Assembly: GCA_963770895.1 (NCBI GenBank)
Contig: CAVYRF010000002.1
Span: 448,001-512,000 of the forward strand
Reading direction: 5' to 3'
Origin: an uncultured Acidobacteriota bacterium
GTDB taxonomy: Bacteria > Acidobacteriota > Thermoanaerobaculia > Multivoradales > UBA5704
Length of the DNA: 64,000 nt
Below the pieces are notes generated by a model. It had not been told where the DNA came from, searched no databases, and saw only the letters and a program-made list of their open reading frames with translations. The position numbers and the translations under genes were made by a program. Positions 57,101 through 64,000 of this stretch are shown piece after piece (the first letter of the stretch is position 1; every line of letters starts with the position of its first letter).

Positions 57101-57643
57101 ATGCATAGTTCCGTCGCGCTTCGCATCGCCAAGGTCACGGCCGCGCTAGCCCTGATGGTACCCCTGGCCCTGACGGCCAGGACCCCTTGCAGGTTCGCGG
57201 TCTCTCATCAGCAAATGGTCGCGGGCACCAGCATTCTGGACCAGGCATATCGCTGGTTCGTCTCGGTCCTGCCCTGGAGCAGCCCCGGCACCGAGCCCCG
57301 GCCTCTTCAGCGCGCCCCAGCTCGTCCCGTGAAGCCGCTCACCACGTGTACGATCGATCCAAGCGGCGGTTGCGTCAGCAGCAATATCCCGGCATCTATC
57401 CAAAGCGCCAAAAACAGTTGCCCCGATCGCGACGCGCCTGGCGGCGCGTGCGCGATCGGGCCGGGGGGGGGCGGGCGAGGCGTTTTGCCCCGCTTAGCGC
57501 TTCTGGCCGCGGCGGACGCGTTCGAGGAGGCGGGTGGAGTCTTTCATGCACTCCATCATTTTTTCTTGCAGGCCTTCGCCGCGGCCCAGGCCTCGGGCGT
57601 GGGCCAGGACGCTGCGGGCGCGGTCTTCTTCTCCGGAAGCTAG
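57101..57643 (+). CDS. Small secreted peptide precursor P4 (TCTIDPSGGC core; 3' end uncertain)
   Basis: AGAAAGG RBS, signal-like N-terminus, aromatic helix ILDQAYRWFVSVLPW and core at 57341-57373. The ORF runs on antisense into the neighbouring gene. Confidence 0.6.
   Translation: MHSSVALRIAKVTAALALMVPLALTARTPCRFAVSHQQMVAGTSILDQAYRWFVSVLPWSSPGTEPRPLQRAPARPVKPLTTCTIDPSGGCVSSNIPASIQSAKNSCPDRDAPGGACAIGPGGGGRGVLPRLALLAAADAFEEAGGVFHALHHFFLQAFAAAQASGVGQDAAGAVFFSGS
57410..57460 (-). terminator. Probable intrinsic terminator of the TPR gene
   Basis: Stem CCCGATCGCG-ACGCGCC / GGCGCGT-G-CGCGATCGGG, followed on the minus strand by CAACTGTTTTT. Confidence 0.55.
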
Positions 57644-57685
57644 CAGGGCCATGCCGAGGTGGGTGAGGGTGTTGGCGGAGGGGCC
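57418..57685. repeat. Direct repeat copy 2 (268 bp)
   Basis: Matches 49626-49892. Confidence 0.9.
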
Positions 57686-59341
57686 CAGCTCGCTCGACTT
57701 GGAGAGGAAGTCGATGGCTTTGTCGAATTCCTTGCGCTTGTAGTGCACCCAGCCCAGGGCGGCAAGGGGGAACTGGCGGATCTCGTCGGGCGATAGCTCT
57801 ACCGAACGGCGGGCGAAGCCCAGGGCTTCGTCCAGGTCCTCTTCCATCTCTGCCAGGTTGTAGGCCATCTCGTAGTAGGCGATGGTCTTGCTGAAGTTGG
57901 AGCCGGATTCGTCCACCATGCGCTGGCCGATGCGGTTGCCTTCGCGGTATTTGCCCTGGCTGCGCATGGCCTCGATGAGGGCGGCGCAGGCGGTCGCCTT
58001 GAGCATCTCGCCGGGATTGAGGTCCAGGACCTTGCGGGTGACGGCCTCGATCTCCTGGCTGCGGTTGAGGTGCAGGCAGAGCAGGGCGTACGACATCAAA
58101 AGCGTCGGGTTTTCGGGATCCAGGGCCAGGGCCCGGCGGTAGCAGGAGTGGGCCTGCTTGAGGTTTTCGCGCTGCAGGAAGTCTTCGCCCTTGGCCAGCC
58201 ACCCCGCCGCTTCGCCGTCGACGCCGGGCAGCGGGCTGCCGCCGGCCTGACCCGAAAGGTAGTGCACCAGGTCCTGGTACTGGAGCTTCTTGGGGTTGAG
58301 GCGCTGCGCCTGGCGGAACGATTCCAGGGCCTTGCGGTTCCAATGGCGGTCCAGGTAGGCGAGGCCGAGAAGGTGGTGGGCTTCTTCGAAGGCCGGGTCG
58401 TGGCGCACCGCTTCCTGCAGGTGGCGGACGGCGGCGGTCAGCTTGCCCATCTCGTAGCAGCAGCTGCCCAGCAGGAAGAGCGCCTGCGGCACCGCGTCCA
58501 CCTGCACGGCGCGCTCCAGGAAGAGCACCGCCTTGGCGAGGTTGCCCTGGCCGGCGTAGACCGCGCCCAGGCTGAACTGCGGCAGGAAGCTGTCGGGGTA
58601 GATCGCCACCGCACGCTTGAGGTAGTCCTCGGCGCGTCCGTGGTCGCCGCGCTCGTAGTAGATGACGCCGCTGTAGACCAGGCCTTCGTAATGGTCGTGC
58701 TTGACCTCCAGCACGCGCGAAAAGCAGGCCAGGGCGGGCTCCGAGTTGCCTTCGTTGAAGTGGGTCTCACCCAGGAAGTAGGCCAGCTCGTAGTTGTCGC
58801 GGTCCAGCTTGTAGGCCGCGTCCAGCGCCGCCACCGCACGCTCGATGTCGAAGGCGAACAGGGCGTATTCGGCGTCTTCCAGATGCTGCAGGAAGAGCTT
58901 GCGCTTGTCGCCGTGATGCAGGGCGGCGATGCGCTCCTTGATCGACAGGAAGCGCTCGCGCTTTTCGAGCGCCAGCAGCTGGTAGTCCATCTTGGACTCC
59001 CAGAGGTCGCTCCATTCATCGCCGGCGATCAGCCGCTTCTGCTCCAGCAGCTCGCGCAGGGCGGTCATGCCCGTCTGGTTGATGAGGATGTTCTTTTCCT
59101 GCTTGTGCAGCGCTCCCAGCAGCTGGCGCACCGTTTCGGCGGTGCGCTTGACCGCCTCTTCCAGGATGGAGATGCGCTCCAGCAGGTGCTCGTCGAAGGA
59201 GAAGTTCTCCTCCGGCGTGCCCTCTTCGTAGGGCTCTTCGTCTTCGTTGGCGCCGCCCGACAGCACCAGCAGCTTCTGGTGGCAGCGGACGCAGAATTCC
59301 TGGTCGTCCTGGTTGAGGGCGCCGCAGACCTGGCAGTACAT
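57494..59341 (-). CDS. TPR protein with N-terminal zinc ribbon
   Basis: MYCQVCG...FCVRC, a coiled-coil segment and many canonical TPRs. Strong high-GC codon usage. Confidence 0.85.
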   Translation of the reverse strand: MYCQVCGALNQDDQEFCVRCHQKLLVLSGGANEDEEPYEEGTPEENFSFDEHLLERISILEEAVKRTAETVRQLLGALHKQEKNILINQTGMTALRELLEQKRLIAGDEWSDLWESKMDYQLLALEKRERFLSIKERIAALHHGDKRKLFLQHLEDAEYALFAFDIERAVAALDAAYKLDRDNYELAYFLGETHFNEGNSEPALACFSRVLEVKHDHYEGLVYSGVIYYERGDHGRAEDYLKRAVAIYPDSFLPQFSLGAVYAGQGNLAKAVLFLERAVQVDAVPQALFLLGSCCYEMGKLTAAVRHLQEAVRHDPAFEEAHHLLGLAYLDRHWNRKALESFRQAQRLNPKKLQYQDLVHYLSGQAGGSPLPGVDGEAAGWLAKGEDFLQRENLKQAHSCYRRALALDPENPTLLMSYALLCLHLNRSQEIEAVTRKVLDLNPGEMLKATACAALIEAMRSQGKYREGNRIGQRMVDESGSNFSKTIAYYEMAYNLAEMEEDLDEALGFARRSVELSPDEIRQFPLAALGWVHYKRKEFDKAIDFLSKSSELGPSANTLTHLGMALLASGEEDRARSVLAHARGLGRGEGLQEKMMECMKDSTRLLERVRRGQKR

Positions 59342-59343
59342 CC

Positions 59344-60234
59344 TCACTTGGCCGGGGCCTCCTGGTAGTCGTAAAAGCCGCGTCCCGACTTGCGGCCGAG
59401 GTGGCCGGCGTCGACCATCTTGACCAGCAGCGGGCACGGACGGTACTTGGGATCGCCGAAGCCCTCCTGCAGCACGCGCAGGATGTCCAGGCAGACGTCC
59501 AGCCCGATCAGGTCGGCGAGCGCCAGCGGTCCCATGGGATGGTTCATCCCAAGCTTCATAACCTGATCGATGGCCGCCGCCTTCCCCACTCCCTCGTAGA
59601 GGCAGAAGATCGCCTCGTTGATCATCGGCATCAGCACCCGGTTGGAGACGAACCCCGGCGCGTCGTAGACCTCGACCGGCGTCTTGCCCATCTGCCGCGC
59701 CGCCGCCTCTACCGTGTCGTAGGTGTGCTGGTCGGTCGCCAGGCCGCGGATGATCTCCACCAGCTGCATGACCGGCACCGGGTTCATGAAGTGCATGCCG
59801 ATGACCTTGCCCGGCCGCCGCGTGGCGGCAGCCAGCCGGGTGATCGAGATCGAGCTGGTATTGGTGCCCAGGATCGCGTGCTCCGGGCAGACCCGGTCGA
59901 GCTCGGCAAGCACGCGCTGCTTGACCTCGAGCTTTTCGACCACCGCTTCGATCGCCAGGTCGACCTGGGCCAGCGCCGCCAGGTCGCCGCCGGTCGAGAC
60001 CCGCGCCAGCGCCCGGTCGCGGTCTTCGGCCGCCAGCTTCCCCTTGTCCACCAGCCGGGCCAGCCCCTTGCCGATCTGGGCCACGCCGCGCGCCAGCGCC
60101 GCCGGCGCCGCATCCACCAGGGTCACCTGGTAGCCCGCTTGCGCCGCCACCTGGGCGATGCCATGCCCCATGGTGCCGGCCCCCACCACCCCGATCCGCA
60201 GCCCGCTCGCCTCACCTGCCGCCGTCTCGCTCAT
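59344..60234 (-). CDS. hbd: 3-hydroxybutyryl-CoA dehydrogenase
   Basis: VVGAGTMGHGIAQ, NTSSISI, GMHFMNPVPVM and HPMGPLALADLIGLD. Confidence 0.93.
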   Translation of the reverse strand: MSETAAGEASGLRIGVVGAGTMGHGIAQVAAQAGYQVTLVDAAPAALARGVAQIGKGLARLVDKGKLAAEDRDRALARVSTGGDLAALAQVDLAIEAVVEKLEVKQRVLAELDRVCPEHAILGTNTSSISITRLAAATRRPGKVIGMHFMNPVPVMQLVEIIRGLATDQHTYDTVEAAARQMGKTPVEVYDAPGFVSNRVLMPMINEAIFCLYEGVGKAAAIDQVMKLGMNHPMGPLALADLIGLDVCLDILRVLQEGFGDPKYRPCPLLVKMVDAGHLGRKSGRGFYDYQEAPAK

Positions 60235-60396
60235 CCGTTGCAGTCGCTCCCTTCGCCGCTGCGCGGCATCGCCGTCCCGAGCCTAAGAGATCGACCCACG
60301 GTGGTCAAGGTCGCTTCTTGATTTGCTGATTCTCTTCAATGCACGGCCGGCGGCCTGGGCGCCACCCGGCGCCGACGGGGGGCAGCCGGCCCAGGA

Positions 60397-61362
60397 TCAG
60401 GCCAGGTCGAACCAGACTTCGCGGCGGCCGAACTTGGTGGAGAGCGTGGCGCCGATGCCGATGAGGGTGCCGGCGGTCCACACCCAGACGCCGACGTAGG
60501 GGAGGAACTTGACCGCTCCCATGACCAGCAGGCCCAGGGTGGCGGCGTTGAGGGGGCGGAGGCTGCGCCGCAGGAGGTGCAGGGCGACCCAGTCGCCCAG
60601 GGCGTAGAAGACGGCGACCATGCCCCATAGCTTCAGCACCAGCAGCAGCAGGCCGACCAGTGCGAGCATCGGCGCCCAGGCCAGACCGCCGACCAGGATG
60701 GTGAAGGCGAGCGCCGTCAGCACCAGGGCCACGACGCCGGTCAAGCCGGTGAAGAAGCTGAGGAACGGTTCCTGCCGCACGTCGTCGGCGGTTTCCAGCA
60801 TCTGCCGGCCGCTGGCGGCAAACAGCAGCAGCAGCAGCGCGGCCCAGGCGGCCAGCAGGGCGAGCTTGGCGCCCAACACCAGGGGCGAGGCGGCGGAGAG
60901 CCCCAGGCTCGGGCCCTCGATGAAGGTCAGCAGAGAGGGAGACGCATCGGGGTACGACACCGAGGTGCCGCCGATCCGCGCCCCCGGCTCGGCTTGAATG
61001 TCGCCGCCCATGACCGAGATGCTGCCTTCGACCACGGCGTGGGGCGCCAGGTGGGCGTTGCCGCCGATGACGATGACGTCGCCCTTGACGTGGCCGCTGA
61101 CCAGCACGGAGCCGTTGAGCGCGGCGACGTCGGCCAGGGCGTCGCCGGCGACTTCGATGTCGCGCGCCACCGCCACCAGCTGGTGGCGCGCCACCGCGCC
61201 GGGCGCCAGCCGCAGCGCCATCCGCGGGGGCGCGACGCGCGCACCATGCGCACTTTTGAGGGGCGCGGCAGGCGCCGCCGCGGTCTGGGCGTGCACACCC
61301 CAGCCCGCGACAGCCGGAGCGGCCGTCGCCACGACGAGCAACCAGACCCTGACACCTCTCAC
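60397..61362 (-). CDS. Membrane protein with bactofilin/polymer-forming-like beta-helix
   Basis: Signal peptide, V.GDV..IGG-type repeats, then 4-5 TM segments. Lies downstream of the sigma/anti-sigma pair. Confidence 0.65.
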   Translation of the reverse strand: MRGVRVWLLVVATAAPAVAGWGVHAQTAAAPAAPLKSAHGARVAPPRMALRLAPGAVARHQLVAVARDIEVAGDALADVAALNGSVLVSGHVKGDVIVIGGNAHLAPHAVVEGSISVMGGDIQAEPGARIGGTSVSYPDASPSLLTFIEGPSLGLSAASPLVLGAKLALLAAWAALLLLLFAASGRQMLETADDVRQEPFLSFFTGLTGVVALVLTALAFTILVGGLAWAPMLALVGLLLLVLKLWGMVAVFYALGDWVALHLLRRSLRPLNAATLGLLVMGAVKFLPYVGVWVWTAGTLIGIGATLSTKFGRREVWFDLA

Positions 61363-61415
61363 CAGAAGAATCTAGCGCGGGCGACGCCGCATTGCCAGAC
61401 GTGACCGGCGGGGGG

Positions 61416-61979
61416 TCATCGGCGCGTGGCGGTGGCGCGCGCCAGCCGCCGCCGCCGGATCAGGGAGAACAGCAGCAGGTTGAGGCAGATGACGAAGACG
61501 CCGAACATGACCATGCTGACCGGAGAGGCCAGCAGCTGATCGACGAACAGGCTGCACCAGCGCCACGAGGCGGTGGTGAAGCCGATGCCCGCCACCAGCG
61601 CCGCGCGCAGCATGCCGCCCAACGCGGCCAGGACGCCGTAGGCGGAGCCCAGCCGCGCCGAGCCGGCGCCCAAAAGACCGATGCCGGCGCCGAGCAGCGC
61701 GGTCAGCACGGCGACCGGGAACGTCCAGGTGCGCGGGTGGCGGGCTTCCCAGCCCGCGGCGGGGAGAGATGCCATCACCCGCTGGCGAAATCCGGACATC
61801 ACCTCCAGGCGGGAGGTGTGAAGCAGAGCGTGCAGCGCCGCCAGCTGGTCCCGCTCGGCCTGGCATTCCGGGCAGCGGGCAACGTGGGTGTCGAGAACCG
61901 CCTGCTGCTCGGCGCTCAGGGTGCCGTCGACTCCCTGGTCCAGCAGGTCGCGAAAGGTCGTATGGTCGGAGCTGTTCAT
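61416..61979 (-). CDS. Zinc-finger (zf-HC2/ZAS) anti-sigma factor
   Basis: DGTLS...HVARCPEC motif followed by TM helices, directly after the ECF sigma gene. Confidence 0.85.
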   Translation of the reverse strand: MNSSDHTTFRDLLDQGVDGTLSAEQQAVLDTHVARCPECQAERDQLAALHALLHTSRLEVMSGFRQRVMASLPAAGWEARHPRTWTFPVAVLTALLGAGIGLLGAGSARLGSAYGVLAALGGMLRAALVAGIGFTTASWRWCSLFVDQLLASPVSMVMFGVFVICLNLLLFSLIRRRRLARATATRR

Positions 61980-62027
61980 CGCGGATCGGTCCTCGTCGAG
62001 CGGTTGATCCTCATGCTGCCGGCGCCC

Positions 62028-62615
62028 TCAATCGGCGAGGAAGCCATGCAGCTTCTCCTTCAACATCTGCCTCCCTCGAAACAGCTTGTTCTTCACCGTG
62101 CCGAGCGGCATCTGTTTGAGCCGCGCAATCTCTTCGTACGGCAGCTCGCCGAAGTGCCGCAGGACGATCAGCTCCCGATACTCCCAGGGCAGGGCGTCGA
62201 TCGCCTTCTGGATGGCGCCGGCGCGTTCCCGGTTGCGCAGGTCGCCATAGGGTCCGCGTTCGGTGGCCGGCAGGTCCCAATCGCGTCCCTCTCCTTCGTC
62301 GTCTTCCACCCGCAGCGACACCAGCTTGAGGCGCCGCCGGCGGATCTGGTCGATCGCGGCGTTCTGCGCGATCCTGAACAGCCAGGTCGAGAACTTATAC
62401 GACGGGTCGTACCGGTCCAGAACCTGATACACCTTGACCAGCACCTCCTGGCTGAGATCGTACGCATCGTCAGGGTTGCGCAGCAGGCGGAACAGGTAAT
62501 TGACCAGCCGCCCCTGATAGCGCTCGACGAGATCGCCGAAACGCTCGCGGTCGCCTTGAAGCACCGCCGTCACCAGATCTTCGTCGGTCGGCTGCTGCAC
62601 CGCGTCCCTTGTCAT
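62028..62615 (-). CDS. ECF RNA polymerase sigma-70 factor (SigW/RpoE-like)
   Basis: DLSQEV, FSTWLFRIAQNAAID and YEEIA...PLGTVKNKLFRGR. Confidence 0.93.
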   Translation of the reverse strand: MTRDAVQQPTDEDLVTAVLQGDRERFGDLVERYQGRLVNYLFRLLRNPDDAYDLSQEVLVKVYQVLDRYDPSYKFSTWLFRIAQNAAIDQIRRRRLKLVSLRVEDDEGEGRDWDLPATERGPYGDLRNRERAGAIQKAIDALPWEYRELIVLRHFGELPYEEIARLKQMPLGTVKNKLFRGRQMLKEKLHGFLAD

Positions 62616-62718
62616 GAGTGGATACGCAACGTGCCAACCAAGGTTGCACGCCGGAGCGGCCGGGGGTGCCGGTCCGCCGGCGCAGCTGCAGCGGGGTTCA
62701 TGGCGGCGGTAGAACCGG

Positions 62719-63474
62719 TTACTTCGGGGGTGCCTGGGGGGCGACGCCGGCGGACTTGGCGCGCTCGCTGGCGCTGACCACGCCCGAGGCCTTGCCGTTG
62801 AGCAGCGCCAGCAGATCGACCTCCACCCCGTTTGGCGACTGCTCGACGATGCGGCCGACTTCCCGGCCGTCGCGGCGCACGATCAGGGTCGGCACGTAGC
62901 GCAGCCCGACCGGCCCGGTGAGCGCCGCGGGTTCTTTCTTTTCCTGGTCGACGCCGACGTAGCGCAGGGTGAACGGCAGCCCGCCGCTGGCACCGCCCTC
63001 CGCGGTGGCGCCGATCTCGTCGAGCACCCGCCACAGCCGCGACACTTCCCGCCGGCTGTCGCTGCACCAGGTTCCCATGAACACCGTCACCTCCGCGCCG
63101 GGTGCGACCAGCGCCAGCGCATGCGCCGCCGCCAGGTCGGGCTTGGATTCAACCCCCACCGTCACCCACGACGGCACCGCCTTTTCCACCTGCTCCCGCG
63201 TCAGCGGCCCGAGCAGCACGGGCGGCGCCGTCGGGTCGGGCGCCGGCGCTGTCACCGGCGCGGGCGCCGCCACCTTGAGGACGCGGGCCGGTGCACTGGT
63301 CGCCGCAGGCGCCGCGCCCGCGGCCGCCGGGCCGGGCGCGGCCGGCGGAACGGCGCAAGCCACCTGGCGAGCCGCGGCCGCCCGCAAAAAGCCCATGCCG
63401 AGCCCCAGGCAAAGAGCGGCTGCTGTCACGACCACCACGGCGACGTCTGGACCGGTTCGCATCGTTCGCACCAT
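62719..63474 (-). CDS. Exported thioredoxin-like protein (CxxS)
   Basis: FMGTWCSDSRREV and YVPTLIV...GREVGRIVE, with an N-terminal TM/signal segment. Confidence 0.75.
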   Translation of the reverse strand: MVRTMRTGPDVAVVVVTAAALCLGLGMGFLRAAAARQVACAVPPAAPGPAAAGAAPAATSAPARVLKVAAPAPVTAPAPDPTAPPVLLGPLTREQVEKAVPSWVTVGVESKPDLAAAHALALVAPGAEVTVFMGTWCSDSRREVSRLWRVLDEIGATAEGGASGGLPFTLRYVGVDQEKKEPAALTGPVGLRYVPTLIVRRDGREVGRIVEQSPNGVEVDLLALLNGKASGVVSASERAKSAGVAPQAPPK

Positions 63475-63570
63475 GGGCGCAAGTCTATCGTAACTGCGTG
63501 CGCGGAGCGGCCGGCGCCGCCGCTTCAGGTGCGCGGCGCCGCCGGTCAGCCGCCCAGCCGCGCCGCCACG

Positions 63571-64000
63571 CTAGCTGGCCAGCTTCGCGCACCGCAGCAG
63601 CGCGGCAAAGCGGGGCTGGCCACGCAAGCGGTCGTAGGCCGGATCGACCTGCAAGAAGGGGATCTCGAAGCCCGACCGCTCTCTGCACTGTTGGCGCAGC
63701 AGGTCGAGCGCGTGGTCGACCTGGCCGAGCTCGATCGCCGCCACGACGGCAAACCCGAAGCTTGCGGGATCGGCCCTGTCGGTGCCCTGCTCCATGCGCG
63801 CCCAGAAATCGATCAAACTGGCCGGCACCGGGAGGGCCATCGCGCGGGCTTCGTCTTGCGCCGCCGTCTGGGCAACCTGCACGTCGCCCTTCGCCAAGGC
63901 GGCCAGGAGCTGGGTCCAGTAGACGCGCTGCAACACCGGCGCCGGGGAGGCGGCGGCGTGCTTCGCGGCGAGCGCCAGCGCGATCGTCTGCCGCGTCCGC
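63571..64000 (-). CDS. C-terminal fragment of a TPR-tailed regulator or kinase
   Basis: Ends LGQVDHALDLL...LQVDPAYDRLRGQPRFAALL, a common tail of wHTH/kinase-TPR proteins. The 5' end lies outside the window. Confidence 0.6.
   Translation of the reverse strand, partial: RTRQTIALALAAKHAAASPAPVLQRVYWTQLLAALAKGDVQVAQTAAQDEARAMALPVPASLIDFWARMEQGTDRADPASFGFAVVAAIELGQVDHALDLLRQQCRERSGFEIPFLQVDPAYDRLRGQPRFAALLRCAKLAS

Noticed and set aside
43310-57685. Prophage or ICE call based on the many XRE-HTH genes
   Set aside because: No integrase, structural, replication or conjugation genes were recognised.

Overview
Very GC-rich bacterial DNA. The gene style suggests Acidobacteriota, possibly Thermoanaerobaculia, but that is inference. 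Bases 1-37.8 kb and 57.5-64 kb are mostly core genes: ABC transporters, dacB, S9/M12/S51 peptidases, a nuclease-fused DinG/XPD helicase, prfC, fdhD, ligD, cax, PIN-PhoH, hbd and an ECF sigma/anti-sigma operon. Bases ~37.8-57.4 kb look accessory. They hold an aromatic-catabolism cassette and a dense cluster of XRE-HTH/TPR proteins interleaved with small secreted proteins. These small proteins share a signal peptide, a Trp-rich amphipathic helix and a C-terminal (D/N)-P-x-G core, often inside a C-x7-C loop. A split version of the module sits at 23.1-25.9 kb (stand-alone HTH, Zn-finger-TPR protein and an NPDG peptide). My best candidate for a new system is an RRNPP-like peptide/receptor signalling family outside Firmicutes. 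It is arranged as two mirror-image receptor-peptide-receptor triplets whose TPR domains group by cassette while their HTH domains group by position. Other observations: a 267/268-bp duplication, a CTAG-bounded palindromic MITE-like element and several apparently leaderless genes. No rRNA, tRNA, CRISPR array, integrase or transposase was recognised. Start codons were refined by eye, and no database searches were run.
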